Shown: positions 1 through 15,600, counted from the first letter of the stretch. The stretch: 64,000 nucleotides of DNA from Tubiluchus corallicola (GCA_030141605.1 JAQGDQ010001052.1:3465-67464), one strand, 5' to 3'. Numbers and translations: made by a program. Notes: generated from the sequence alone by a model not told the origin.

Positions 1-452
1 TTCAAGATTATTATACTATAGTCGGTAACTGGTTTTCATTACACAGTCGGTAACAGGGATTCATTAAAAAAAACAAAAAATAGTATTAATAATCTCTCAT
101 TTACTGTTTTGGATTGTTTGTAGATGATAATAGTAAAATTGATGCTACAAAAGCACCAGGCAGAGAAAGTGTTTATGTTGGCATGGTAACCCGATTAAGC
201 CATTTTTCCTTAATAATGAGTCGAGAGCATGAAGTGATCACGTGTTTAAATTAATTTTACTAATTACACTTATCACAATTTTACTGCTGAAACTTTCTAA
301 CATTTCTCACAATAAGCTCAACTTTTCCGAGACTTGGCTTTTGTCTTGAAAACGTAACATCTACTACGAGTGACTATTAATGTTTAGTTAGCAGCTGTAG
401 AGTTTGGCCTAATAGAAAACCTATTAGCGGTAAGTGCAGCATAGATACATAC

Positions 453-615
453 CTTTCTATTTTGACAAGCACGAGGCTGACCGTTGTAATGAAAGACCTT
501 AAACGTTTCGTCGTTAGAGAAATTGGCCTTGTTAGGAAAGAAATTTGTGAGAAAACTCTGCAAAGTGATGACACCAAGTTGCTCCGGATCCAGTGTTTTC
601 TTCATCACATCTACA
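453..615 (-). CDS. MINDY3: MINDY3 exon 10
   Basis: VDVMKKTLDPEQLGVITLQSFLTNFFP...FHYNGQPRACQNRK; donor gtatgt. Confidence 0.93.
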
Positions 616-3600
616 CTGCAAGTTTAATATGTTACATTTATTATGAGCTGCGTGACCTTGATGTGTGACCTTGATGCATGACCTTGATGTGTGACCTTGA
701 TGCATGACCTTAATGAATGACCTTGATGTATGACATTGATGTACAACCTTGATGTGTGACCTTGATGTATGACATTGATGTACAACCTTGATGTGTGACC
801 TTGATGTAGGATGTTGATGTACAACCTTGATGTGTGACCTTGATGTAGGATGTTGATGTACAACCTTGATGTGTGACCTTAATGTACGACCTTAATGCAC
901 GACCTTAATGTGTGACCTTGATGTAGGATGTTGATGTACAACTTTGATGTGTGACCTTGTTGCACGACCTTAATGTGTGACCTTGATGTGAGACCTTTAT
1001 GGACAACCTTGATGTTTGACAATGATGCACAATCTTGATGTGCGGTCCTGATGTATGATCTTGATGTGTTACCCTGATGCACGACCTTAATGTGTGACCT
1101 TCATGTGTGATCTTAATGTGTGACCTTAGTGTGTGACACTGATGTGTGACATTGATGTGTGACCTTGATAAATGACCTTGATGTAAGACCTTGATGTGAG
1201 ATACAATGAGATCATACGTTCTACTCTTTTACACGTTCCACATGAATAAATTTGCTGTTGTAACATTTGGTAAGAACATAAAAAACACCACAAATCACAG
1301 TAGAGTTACTAGAGTATGAATTAATCTAATAGTAACACTACATTAATAACAAAGTCTGCCCTTCCCTTCCTTCGTATGGAGGATCAGAAACAAGATCCAA
1401 TGTACTTAGTACATCTCCAAGTACTACTACAGAATTGTCAGTGCTACTCTATAAAAAGCTGATACAGCTAGAGAATAACAGGAGATGACAGATCAGGTAC
1501 TTACTATGGAGGATCAGAAACAAGATCCAATGTACTTAGTACATCTCCAAGTACTACTACAGAATTGTCAGTGCTACTCTATAAAAAGCTGATACAGCTA
1601 CAGAATAACAGGAGATGACAGATCAGGTACTTACTATGGAGGATCAGAAACAAGATCCAATGTACTTAGTACATCTCCAAGTACTACTACAGAATTGTCA
1701 GTGCTACTCTATAAAAAGCTGATACAGCTACAGAATAACAGGAGATGACAGATCAGGTACTTACTATGGAGGATCAGAAACAAGATCCAATGTACTTAGT
1801 ACATCTCCAAGTACTACTACAGAATTGTCAGTGCTACTCTATAAAAAGCTGATACAGCTACAGAATAACAGGAGATGACAGATCAGGTACTTACTATGGA
1901 GGATCAGAAACAAGATCCAATGTACTTAGTACATCTCCAAGTACTACTACAGAATTGTCAGTGCTACTCTATAAAAAGCTGATACAGCTACAGAATAACA
2001 GGAGATGACAGATCAGGTACTTACTATGGAGGATCAGAAACAAGATCCAATGTACTTAGTACATCTCCAAGTACTACTACAGAATTGTCAGTGCTACTCT
2101 ATAAAAAGCTGATACAGCTACAGAATAACAGGAGATGACAGATCAGGTACTTACTATGGAGGATCAGAAACAAGATCCAATGTACTTAGTACATCTCCAA
2201 GTACTACTACAGAATTGTCAGTGCTACTCTATAAAAAGCTGATACAGCTACAGAATAACAGGAGATGACAGATCAGGTACTTACTATGGAGGATCAGAAA
2301 CAAGATCCAATGTACTTAGTACATCTCCAAGTACTACTACAGAATTGTCAGTGCTACTCTATAAAAAGCTGATACAGCTACAGAATAACAGGAGATGACA
2401 GATCAGGTACTTACTATGGAGGATCAGAAACAAGATCCAATGTACTTAGTACATCTCCAAGTACTACTACAGAATTGTCAGTGCTACTCTGTAAAAAGCT
2501 GATACAGCTAGAGAATAACAGGAGATGACAGATCAGGTACTTACTATGGAGGATCAGAAACAAGATCCAATGTACTTAGTACATCTCCAAGTACTACTAC
2601 AGAATTGTCAGTGCTACTCTATAAAAAGCTGATACAGCTACAGAATAACAGGAGATGACAGATCAGGTACTTACTATGGAGGATCAGAAACAAGATCCAA
2701 TGTACTTAGTACATCTCCAAGTACTACTACAGAATTGTCAGTGCTACTCTATAAAAAGCTGATACAGCTAGAGAATAACAGGAGATGACAGATCAGGTAC
2801 TTACTATGGAGGATCAGAAACAAGATCCAATGTACTTAGTACATCTCCAAGTACTACTACAGAATTGTCAGTGCTACTCTATAAAAAGCTGATACAGCTA
2901 CAGAATAACAGGAGATGACAGATCAGGTACTTACTATGGAGGATCAGAAACAAGATCCAATGTACTTAGTACATCTCCAAGTACTACTACAGAATTGTCA
3001 GTGCTACTCTATAAAAAGCTGATACAGCTAGAGAATAACAGGAGATGACAGATCAGGTACTTACTATGGAGGATCAGAAACAAGATCCAATGTACTTAGT
3101 ACATCTCCAAGTACTACTACAGAATTGTCGGTGCTACTCTATAAAAAGCTGATACAGCTACAGAATAACAGGAGATGACAGATCAGGTACTTACTATGGA
3201 GGATCAGAAACAAGATCCAATGTACTTAGTACATCTCCAAGTAATACTGCAGATATGAATCCATTTCCTGCAAATATTCAAATCACAACTACAGTCGGTA
3301 ATACAATGTTCACGGGATGCAAATATTTTTACCTATTAAGCGTGTTTCGTACTATCCATTACGTATATTCCTACTAATGTTTTTTCAACGATAAAATAGC
3401 AGTTACACATAGGGTTATCATACGTCCGGATTTCCCCGGACACATCCTCTTTTTGGGCCTCTGTCCGGGCGGGTTTTCAAAAAATCGGCAGTTTGTCCGG
3501 GTTTTGCCTCAATCCGTAAGTATGTACGAACGTTACCAACTGCAGAGGCGTACGACAGGACGAGACAAAGAAAAGCTCGTTAATTTTCAATACAAGATGT

Positions 3601-6600
3601 TGCTAACATCTCAAAATGCAACCCTTGTAAAAGCTTTGTGTACGTATTTACTGAACAAGAGTAAGCGATGCGCACATCGCTACGTGTCACACGAGTGACT
3701 TCGGTCTTCGGAAAAGCAATTCGGTCTTTGGAAAAGTATTCTTGGTCTCAGCCTCGGGCTCAGTCAAGTTCAAGCCTAACTGTTTCTGAGAGCCAAGAAG
3801 AAGCAGGCGACTGACAGTTGCAGTGTGTTAATGTTTTTTGCAGTATAGCCATTTGGTATTGCTATTAGAATACATGTAGGCCTATTTGTATAATTTGAAT
3901 TTTATTTTGCATTGTTTTAATAGACCCTAGACTGGTCATTTTTGCCTACTTACAAGTGTGCGAAAAACTGTCCTCTTTTTCAACTCGGACAATATGGTAA
4001 CCCTAATTATACGACACCTGCAGCCTTTACATTGGTTACCTGTTAATCCGAGAACATCATTTAAGTTAGTTTAACCCCCTCTTTCCCACAAGTACAATGT
4101 TGTCAGTTGGTGTAGTACAGTAGTAACAAGCCTGCAAGCAAGAGGGTTAGTGGTGCCAGAGAGTCTGCAGTATACAGCTTTCTGCTACTTTAGTATTACA
4201 TGCAGGCAGTAAGAAAAATAGGTGATTTAAACTACGTAATGGTAAATTGCAATCAGAGTGGGAAGCCAAAGTCTTTTCAAAAACTAATAATTCCAATTGG
4301 CGCAAGTGGCAAAAAGGCAGTTTTCTAGGTGATCACTCATCCAATTGCTGACCAAACTCACCACTGATTAACTTGAGTCAATACGATCAATCGGGGCCAC
4401 CCAGCTGTTTGTAATTGCGCCCAGTTTAAAAAGATTTTATTGTCACTTTATGTCAACTTTCCGTGTGAAATATCATAGGCGAGTTGTGGTGATTCCCAGA
4501 CAAACAACCCGAGTTCAAAACCGGCTGGCGCATTTTTTTGCCAATCATTAATTCTTTTTACTTAAAAGAGAGTAAATTCTTCGAAGTTTCTCTAAATTTC
4601 AAAGGAAACTACAGTCGCCTAGAATCAATCTATGAAACAATAAAGAAGCAATTTACCTTCCGGATCAAAACTTTTGAAGACTCTTTTAGCTGCTTCTTCT
4701 GGAGTTTCTGGAGCTACAAGAGATTTGTCCTGAAGAAAAAGAGGCAACATTTCATGATGACATTAAACTGAAACTGAAACTTGACGACTTGGCAAGCAAG
4801 AGGAGGCAAATTAGAGTATGTGATTAGTAATGTCCCAGTGAGATGATTGTATGCAAGATTCTTTGTGTTACCTGCTCAATTCACCTTTGATATTTACCTG
4901 TGTAATGTCATGTGACTCGTTAGTATCAGAGCTGCAAGTCTTTACATTGTGCGCGCTTTTGTTGTGCACATGGCAGTTGCTGTAGGTCAAAGGTTAAGTG
5001 TACCACATCAACGAATCTTAACTACAACTGTCACGTGATGTGTGGGTAAAGCGAAGCTGTCTGTCGTATCAGTTCAGTATCTTCAGTTGTTTTACGTGGA
5101 CTTTACTTAATTACGCATTAGTCTGTGCACAGAGTGATTTACTAGCAGGATCTTGCTTGGGAACAAGAAAAATGAACTAGGTAAGGTTCTAGCTAGCTGT
5201 TAAACTGTTACTATTACAACAGCATGGAGTGCGAGGCTTTGCCAATTGTGCACACACACTGTCCGGTACACTCAACCTTTGACCTTTTCATGATCATCAT
5301 CAATCGCTGAACCTGTGAAAAGGCTTATTGTGCAATGATTCAAGGATTTAACATCAAGAATCAAACAAAAAAATCTTTGACTAAATTTTGCAATACCCCA
5401 GACACAAGAAATTACTGAATGAAGCAAAGTAGGATTGTTGTTAGCGGTAGGGTTAGGGTTGGGAAACTATGGCCATATCACATTGAAAACAAAGGTTCTC
5501 GTCTGATCACCGAAGTTAAGCAACGTAGAGCCTGGTTAGTACTTGCATGGGTGACAGCCTAGGAACACCAGGTGCTGTAGGCTTGCGGGAAGCCCACACT
5601 GTATCTCGACACTAGGCGGAGGAGCTACACAAGCAGCCAACGGCTAGAGGGCAGAGGAGGTCAAGTGACCCAACGGTCATGTTTAGAGGAGTAAACCTTC
5701 CAAATCAGGAGTGGACTCCGGCACCTCTTGCAGCCAACCTGGTGCTAAACGTATCGCTCCGCTTTCCTCTGGACTACACCAGGGAGGAAGAGAGGGGGTT
5801 CCTGTTGTCTGGGCAACTCAGGATCTCCATACACCTTGCCCAGGCTTGCGCCCTGGAGACGTTCAAGGATCGCACTGCTCAGCCACAGTCGACGCTGCAG
5901 CTCCATCAATGTGATCAATAACTGACACTCTTGGCGCACACTCCATTGTCTTCCGAGACAGAAGGATGCCAACAACAAGGGTTAGGGATGGTGTTATGGT
6001 TACAAATGGGTTAAGGTTAGAGTATTTATATTGTGTGGGGAATTGTAAACTCCTTCAAAATCGTTTAAATGATAAACGTTTAAAAAAACCGTAATTCTTC
6101 TACTGAAAAATCACTGTTCCATAAACAAGGAAGCAGTTCTCACTAAGCAGCAAGATGGACGTGCTTACCTCAGAAAACACGATGGTCAAGTGCGTTTCAC
6201 TTCCCATCAACCAGATTGGAAACTTTGGACACTTGAGAAACCAACCAACCTGCTTAAACGTGAATGAAAACATCAAAGTCAACTTAAAATCCAACTCTCA
6301 TTACGAATATTCAATTCATTTTATCATAAACTTTCTGTAAAACTTGTTTCTTTTGGTTTTTTATCACTTCCTTGTTAGCGAAATTAAATTTTTACGAACT
6401 GCAATTTTCGTTGTGCGACACGACTGACGTAACGAGTACAGTCACGAGGTCACCAAAGATCGGTAAACAAACATCGGAAACTAAAGACGCTTTCTGTACC
6501 TCATACGTCATTCTCGCTGACTCGCGTAAAAGACGCCAAACACGGCAATCTTTATGACTTTCACGCGTTCGAAATTCGACAGAAAAAGGTAAGTTATTTA

Positions 6601-9600
6601 ATTTGTAAGTTTCTTTTGCTTAATAATAACTATGAATTCTTTGTGTAATCATAATTATGTATTAAAAAACTTTAATGTGTGTTTGATATAGGCATTTAAA
6701 ATGAATGATGTTGCAATCAACAAACAACACAGTATTGTCTAAATTGTGTATCTCATAATTATACACTAATACATACAATCATTGTTTTTACCTCGCAATA
6801 ACGTAAGTGTTCCAGCAGTGTGAGAAAACCAACTGTTGATTGTCTAGATATTCCTCGCAGCTCTGTAAAAAAAATCAATAAATTCCAGCAAATGCTTTTA
6901 TTTTCCAAGGTTCTTGGCAGCGTGAACAAATGCGGGGTGCTGCACCACCAAGAAACACATGCTTTTAGTATGAAAATGACAGAAAATCATTTCATTTCGT
7001 ACCAGTCGCAGCGCGCAGCTAAAATTACTGGGGGGGGGGGGGGCTGTTTCAGAAACTGCTTCAGTACTGCTTTAATACTGTGTAAAACAAAACAGACGTG
7101 AAATTTTATTGTTGTAATTTTAGTGAACAAACATATGAAAATTTATACATGAATTTGACAAACTTGTAAACAAAAAGCATTTTTTTCTTACGAATAGCCT
7201 AAATTGTCACAGTTGAAGAATATGCTGGTACACGGATTTAAAGCACGTGACAACTGACAACACATACAGCGTGTTATCTCAGACATACACTCATGGCTGC
7301 ATACCCACAACAGCCAAATACCATGGTGCTCGAGCTGTGAGCACCAAATACACCACTGTGCTGGGCTGTGAAGCAAACAGTACTACCCTCACGCGCTCTG
7401 GTTTCGTACAACTGCAAAACACACTGCACTGGGCTGTGAAACAAACAGTACTACCCTTACGCGCTCTGGTTTCGTACAACTGCAAAACGCACTGTGCTGC
7501 GCTGTGAAGCAAACAGTACTACTCTCACGTGCTCTGGTTTAGTACAACTGCGAAACGCACTGTGCTGGGCTGTGAAGCAAACAGAACTACTCTCACGTGC
7601 TCTGGTTTAGTACAACTGCGAAACGCACTGAGCTGGGCTGTGAAGCAAACAGTACTACTCTCACGTGCTCTGGACCGTACAAGTATAAAGAAAGAACTAA
7701 AGAAAAAAGACTTATTATATTGAATATTATATCGACAATATTGAGTGAAAATAGGGGGGACTGCAGTTCCATACAGTACCTATACACGAGCCACCACTGT
7801 TTCATATGAAATCACATATGAAACACAAAACTCGTAGAATTGAAATATAGAAAACTTACTAAGGCCTGAAATATCTTTCTCGTTGTCAAACACGTGAGCA
7901 GCTGCTTGTCCTGTCAGTAACAAATTTATTAAACTTTGGCTACCATGTCCATGGATAGGATCAATTAAAGGTTGACTAGTATCTTCTCTTTCATTGTTTA
8001 TATTCTCCACACCCTAAAAATCAATAATATTAGTTCACCAAAACTGTTTTAATTTTTAAAATGGTAATACTCCTTCAGGACAGTAAGCGTTTGCTGCATT
8101 TTGCACGGGTTCATGAAAAACTGCTCTCTCTAAGCAGCGATCACGTTATATTTGATAATTTTTGCAAGTTTCTACTCCTCACACAACGGATTTTCATGCA
8201 AAATTACATATCAAATGCATTTGTTTACCTTAAACAAATTAAAAATCAATTTTTGATGAAAAAATTGAAAAATGTTTCAGTAACTGCAGTGTTTGCACTG
8301 TAACAATGTACAGTATCACTTGTGTGAAATCAGCTAATGTAGAAAATTTCAACTATCCAGACACAACACTCTGATAAACATTGACCTCAAGTCTACTCTA
8401 TTGTTAAGGAGAAATTCCTGTTAAAAATGAAATGGCCTTAATTGGTCTTTCACTGATCGTTTGGTTTTTCCTGGAATAGCAGCAGAACCTTGCACAGCAT
8501 GGACTATAGCAAGTAGGCGATCAATAAATCAGTGTGTACGATCACGCAAGTGTACACCAGACTAAGCTACTCAATAAGCTAGGTTAGAGCGCCTGAAAAG
8601 GGTGTGTTTTTCTTAATTTTATCCAATTAAATCACTTATAAATGTTTAAACTAACAGCATGATTGGATAGCCGATATTCTCCTGAATAGAAAAGTATCTA
8701 ATTTGTAATCATTTAGTTATGTCTGTGCTCATACAGTAGCAGAAAAGTCATAGGTCTTGTAACACGTATTTTGAATAGTGCAGTGCTGAAGGAATTAACA
8801 TTTTTTACAAACTTTGAATGAAAAACATATAGCCAGTTTTATGTTATTTAATTGTCACAGTAACTAGTACAGTCGTCGTACCTTTGTCAATAATACTGAA
8901 TAGAGGAAGAGAATAACACCGCATGGTCCCTGTAGAAGCTGCAACTTTTCTTTCAGCGCCGACTTTACATTTTCCAGAGATCTATAGCTGCACATGCTAC
9001 AAAAATTACAATACATTCTGCACATGTTACAAAAGCAACAATCATTTCACAATGAACCATCAATAAGTCTTTTCACAGTCTTAGCGGCTGACAATAATCG
9101 TGGAAAGGTCAAAGGTTAAGTGAACCAGACAACACACTTGTGTACACTTGACAATGCCTCACAGCCCGTGCTATTGTAATACCAACAGTTTTAACAGCTA
9201 GCTAGAGCCTTACTTTTCATTTTCTGTTGTTCCCAAGCAAGATCCTGTTAGTAAATCGCTCTATGCACAGACTAATGCATAATTAAGTAAAATACACATA
9301 AAACAATTGAAGTTACTGAACTCCTGCAGCTGACGGCTTTGCTTTACCCACATGTGACGTGACGACTGTACTTAAGATGTGTTGCTGTGGTATACTTAAC
9401 CGCTGACCTACAGCAACGGGGAGTGCACACAACAAAACTGCGAAGAGGCTTATGGCGGAAAATGACAAGAGCATTTTGGCAATTTTCTTACTTTCAGGTT
9501 AGCAAAACATCAACTAAAGCAGTGAAAAATATTCCAGTATTAGATTTTCATTAAATTTTGATCCTAGCCCTAATCCTGGCCTACCAACTTATAAGAATCC

Positions 9601-12600
9601 ACAGAATCCACTTATAATGACTAGAAATGAACATTAATATTATAAATTATATTTAATTATAAGTAAAAATGAACATGATTAATTCACACCTAAGATTAGC
9701 ATGGAATTGTGCCTGAGGTATGTTAACGAGTTTGTTACTATTCGTAGAAGGTATGATCTCGTTATCCTCATCCTCATTTTGAACAGAACTCAGCGGACCG
9801 GTGTACCAGATGAGAATGACTTGCTCACGGTAGACCTGTTCCAATATGTCACACATTGCCATGATAAGACGTTCACACACTTCTTCACCTAAAACACATT
9901 TGTTCAAATCAGAGCATTTTTTTATAATTGTTCATTTACAACCATTTAGACAGGATCTTACTTGACATATTAGACAGTTCAACATCGCATATATATTTAA
10001 TTTCCTTTTATCATGTATATTTTGTTGTCCATTATTAATTCATCAATTATAATATATTTTCTTCTTTGGTTTGACCTGATTTGTTTATTTATTTTTTAGT
10101 TTAATCAATTACTTATATAATAATTTACTGATATGGTTGAGTACCGTTGCATATTTTCACTTTATTACGTTGTTCTCCAACCATGTAGTCTATTTAGTTA
10201 GCTTGTCTTTCATACATAATTTGTTCTCTTATTGAACTTTCAGTGACAGTGATTATTCTTCTACTCTGTATAATAATAACACAGCAGCGCTATGAAATTT
10301 GCTTATAATTTACATTAATCTGAAAGAGGTAGGAGAATTTTATGACCAATTGTTCCTTCGCTACCCTTTCTCTTGCACCCCCTAACATTTTCCTTTACGT
10401 ATATTTTTATCGCAATTGTTAATTAACGACAACCGAACACAGCTGTCGCTTACATCACAAACTAACCAGTTTTGCGTAATGGCAGGCATCTTCTCTGTGC
10501 GTCAAGCACGTTTGCGTAAGCAAAGATCATTACAAGACGCTGATGTGATGTCACGAAAATGAGCTCGACGTCACAGACAAACACTGCAGTTCATGATCAT
10601 GCTTATCACGGTACCACACCTATTTGTCGGGAATTTGACGAAAAGGTGCCATTGCTAGTCTTAGTGGATTCGCTGAGCTGCACGTAGCTTTGAAAGTTTA
10701 CAAAATGTAACTATCCGAGGTAATTATTATTATTTAACCTAAGATTTGATTTAAAAAAGTCCAAGTTTTCAATATTTTAGAGCATAATTTATTTGAACTA
10801 ATGTCTACACAATAACTCAGTTTTCCTTTAACATTTTACTTGATATTACATCTTATGAATGACGTTTAATTTGGCCTTGTACTGTAGGATTCTATTGCAA
10901 CCATAAACCTTTGTCTTTTTCCATTACTTACACTCAATCTGCATTGCTTCAGTTTGTTAATTTCAACATGAAGAAACTTTTGCCACATATTTCATTCTTC
11001 ATTCTGTTTTAAATCGCTTAACAGTAAACAATCTTACTATCAAAACTCGTTACAACTTTGAGCAATTGTGTTTTTTACGTACCGCACGTGTCTCGCCATC
11101 CCTCAATGAAGTCACATGCAAACATTATGTTCTTAAGCAAAAAGGCTTGCACGGGAGCGATCACAGCACATGGACCACCGTCATACTGTACCAATGCTGT
11201 AGGCTCGTTCTCGCTAAACACGAAACCTGAAATATAATATTTAATAGTATAAATTTGAATTGAAATAAATTGTTAGAGGACAGCCATGTACGTACTAATC
11301 TTATACATGCGTACTTTAAACAACAAATGATCTAGAATTACGAAACAGCAAAAACTTCAATGGATATTATAATTCACAACTCAATACAATCACAATTAAT
11401 GCACAGTATTTTGGCTGCCGGGTTTATGAAGCAGCTGCAATAGAATAATAAAAGTTCCACAAAAATCAAAATGACATTTTAAATGTTTATGGTAAACAAA
11501 AGCTTTGCAAACAATGATAGTTACTGCACAGACTGCACAGACTGTGAAAGACAGGATTGGTGGTGGTACAGTAAATAATCAATAATCATTACATCTACTA
11601 GGGTTTGTAATGTTATACCTGAACTGAACAATCATTTATCAATATAAGGGCAGCTGATGTACTGTAACTACTGTTAATGTATACAACTTTATGCAACCAG
11701 TCTGTGATGAATGAAGCCATGCTTATGTACTGTAACTACTGTTAATGTATACAACTTTATACAACCAGTCTGTGATGAATGAAGCCATGCTTATGTACTG
11801 TAACTACTGTTAATGTATACAACTTTATACAACCAGTCTGTGATGAATGAAGCCATGCTTATGTACTGTAACTACTGTTAATGTATACAACTTTATACAA
11901 CCAGTCTGTGATGAATGAAGCCATGCTTATGTACTGTAACTACTGTTAATGTATACAACTTTATACAACCAGTCTGTGATGAATGAAGCCATGCTTATGT
12001 ACTGTAACTACTGTTAATGTATACAACTTTATACAACCAGTCTGTGATGAATGAAGCCATGCTTATGTACTGTAACTACTGTTAATGTATACAACTTTAT
12101 ACAACCAGTCAGATGATATTACTTTATGCATCTGAATTTTCTTCACAAACATGCTTATCACTGCGCTAGCCACAAATGAAATGTTTAACTATGAAGACAG
12201 CGATTCGTTCTTTTTACTCAAGTGGCTTAGCAACTGCTTGTAGCACCGGGGGGCAAAAAACTTCTGGCGCCCTGCCCTTTTTAATGTTTTGAACATTTGT
12301 TTCGTGGGTGAAATCACAAAATGTGCGTGTTTTTGCATCTCCCACCCTGACCTTCCCTTTTTGACATGATGGGATAAAGATAAACGAATTTCTTCAAAGA
12401 TCACCCAGAGTTTGATTTGTGGTACTGCAGCAGAGTAACTCTTTTCTAGGCATTAGTTGCTCATAACAGTCCTTAAACATTCAGCTCCAACATTAAAACA
12501 TGCAAAGATTATGAAAGATACAGAACACTACAGGTTTTCACAATAATACAATCTGCATTTAGAAGAATGTCACCGTTTCTTCCAAAATTATCTATCAGCC

Positions 12601-15600
12601 ACACGACATCTTACACATTAGCACTTTTTTCTAGGCTGTATATACATGTAGTAAGTAAGTCAGCTACGATGATCTCTGACTAGGTAATTTTGTTATAGTT
12701 TGAAAATTTTTGTTAATGTTGGATTAGTAATTAATAGTTAACAGTCATTGAGCTATACGTAGGGTGCCGAGTAACACACTAGCTGAAGTAGGACACTTTC
12801 GGTAAAACGCATGTGCTAAATTTGTGGAAAAGCAGTGTCGTACATGGGCAGCCCAAGTAGGGCACTAGCGATTTCTGTCGAGAATCGAGATCTATGACAT
12901 AATAAAACATAAAACTAAATTTGTTTTAGAAAAAAGTAACTTTATAATAATGATGGATAGTCCTTGACAATTTACTTTTTACAACAATATCATCATTATT
13001 ATTTGCTCCATTAACAATTATCATCATAACATTAAACTAAGCATCTAATGCTTTAAAGAGAGAAACTACGTAGTTCACATAACTCGCTAACCCATTTACT
13101 TAGTAGAAAATAATTATTTGTCCAAGAAGGCGTGAAAGGAATCACCTGTCTGTGAAGGAAGATAAAATAAAAAATGATATACCTTAACCAAATGTTGGAA
13201 TCACCTAAAAAGTGCGCTTATTTCACTTCAAGGAAGATTAATATTGGCAAAATTATACTAATTCAGAATAAAATTCGTTTATTTTATCAGATGTATAATA
13301 AATTATTCAACATGTATTGACGTGTTTAATTATTATTATTACATAAAAAGGACAATGGACGGTGCCAGTGCGATTAACGCCTCAATTCGCGACCGCTCTC
13401 TAGTGTCCTATGTGGGCAGCCCATGTAAGATGTGTCCTACTTGGGCTAGCCCATGTGTGCCAATTGTCCAACTTCGGTTAGTGGATTACTCGGCGCCCAA
13501 CACTATAGATAGATTTTGCGTCCTCTCACCCTAGCACCCTGCGCCCCACCTTGTCACACCTCTGTTTTACTCAGCAGATCAAAATTGCATTAGTTCATTA
13601 AAACTATTGTTTAGATAGATGAATATCCGACTCAGTAACTTATAGAAATGCAACCGCAGTTCCAAAGTGTCACTTAATGCCAAATAAAAAACAGGTATCA
13701 CCGTTTCATTAGTCCGTCCATAAATGGGCAAAGTGAGACATTTTCAAAAACTGTAGTTATCGTCGTCGTCGGCGGCTTTCACTCGTTTCCGAGTATTGTC
13801 CTTTCGGTCGAAGTTACTAGCTGTGGTGGGCACGTTAGTGTTAACAGCCCGATCCTTGCTCGAAACATTCTGGTGCATTTGTCACATTGGATGGTGGGAG
13901 TTACCTGAGGTTGACGGGCCTTCTCTTTCCTTCGTTGACGTTTGGCTTCAATTGCTGCTCGTCTGGTTGTTTCAAAATGCTCAGTCCCTTCCTGGATGAC
14001 TCTTCTCCACTTTGTTCGCTGCCGCGCTGTCTGTTCCCAGGTTTCTGGATCGATCCTTGCTGATTGCAGGGTTTCTTTTAGTTGGTCCTTGTAGCGGCGC
14101 CTAGGGCGGCCCAGGGGGCGTTTTCCAGTGCTCAGCTCACTAAAGAGGATCCTTCGGGGAAGTCTGTTTTCGTCCATACGTGCTACATGACCTGCCCACC
14201 TTAGCCGATGTTTCGTAATCATAGCTTCTATACTAGTGGTGTTGAATCTCTCGAGAACTGAATTATTGGTGACATAATCATCCCATCTGATGTTGGAAAC
14301 TGAGCGAAGCTTTTTCTGGTGGAACCGTTCGAGTTTTTTCAGGTCTTGGCGGTACAGAGTCCATGTTTCACATCCGTAAAGGAGTGTGGAAACGACAATA
14401 GCATTATAGACCATCAGCTTGGTTCGACGAGTTAGATGAGCATTACCAAAGACACGGGTTGAGAGTCTGCCGAAAGCGGCATGGGCAGCTCTAAGCCTAT
14501 TTTCCACATCCTTTGTTGAGTTGCACTGGACGGAGAGTAGACTGCCCAGGTACGGGAAATGTTCAACACATTCTAGACCTGCACCATTAATGGAAACGTT
14601 ACATACTGGTGTGTCTGCTTCAGGTGATGGTTGGACAATAACTTTGGTTTTTCCTATGTTGACTGTAAGGCCAAAGCGAGAATATGCGTCACAGAAGTTG
14701 CTGACTGATTGTTGCAGGTGATTGGCTGAGTGGGCTGGTGCCGCATTATCATCCGCATATTGCAGCTCTGTCACTCTGAAGGTTGTGGTGCAGTTCCTGG
14801 CTCGAAAACGCGACAGATTGAAGAGCCCCCCATCAAAGCGGCATCTCAATTCCACCCCTGGATTGTCTGGTGGAAGGTCATGAAGCATAGCAGTGAGATA
14901 GAGTGAAAAGAGCGTTGGTGCGAGAACACAGCCTTGTTTTAGTCCACAAGTGATTGGGAACTCTTCTGAGATAGTGTTTTGGTTGATAACACGTGCCGTC
15001 ATACCATCATGCATAGCTTGTATCATCTTGATGAAGTCATCTGGAAGACTAAAACGTTGCAGGACAGCCCACATGGCTTCTCTCGGAACGCTGTCATAGG
15101 CTTTTTCTAAGTCATAGAACATGAGGAAGAGAGGCTTCCGCTGCTCACGGGCCTTTTCCTGCAGTTGTCGCGCACAGAAGATCATATCAATGGTCCCACG
15201 TAAAGCTCGGAACCCACACTGAGATTCAGGTATGATCCTTTCTGCAACCTCCTGAAGACGGTTCAAGATAATTCTTGACAGAATCTTTCCGGCAATTGAA
15301 AGCAGTGATATCCCCCTGTAGTTTCCACACAGGTTGCGATCCCCCTTTTTAAAGATAGTGACAATGAGTGCGTTTTTCAGGTCATCTGGGACTCGTTTTG
15401 CTTCCCACATTTGAAGCATCAGGTTGAACAGTCGGTTCTTGAGAGCAGGTCCACCATGACTGATGAGTTCCACTTGGATATTGTCGGGTCCAGCAGCCTT
15501 CCCTCGAGGCATACGCTTAATGGCTGTTTCAAACTCAATAAAGTTGGGTGGAACCGATAACTGGGGTTGCAGGGGATGCTGTGGAACATTCCTTAGGAAG

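Noticed and set aside
624-1082. His-rich repetitive minus-strand ORFs
   Set aside because: Translation of the 13/39-bp intronic minisatellite.
1375-3255. CRISPR-like appearance of the long regular arrays (also 21271-22628 and 33226-35107)
   Set aside because: No unique spacers, no cas genes, and a eukaryotic intronic context.
5465-5584. Functional 5S rRNA gene
   Set aside because: Diverged, lacks an oligo-T terminator, and is fused to a retroposon-like body and tail.
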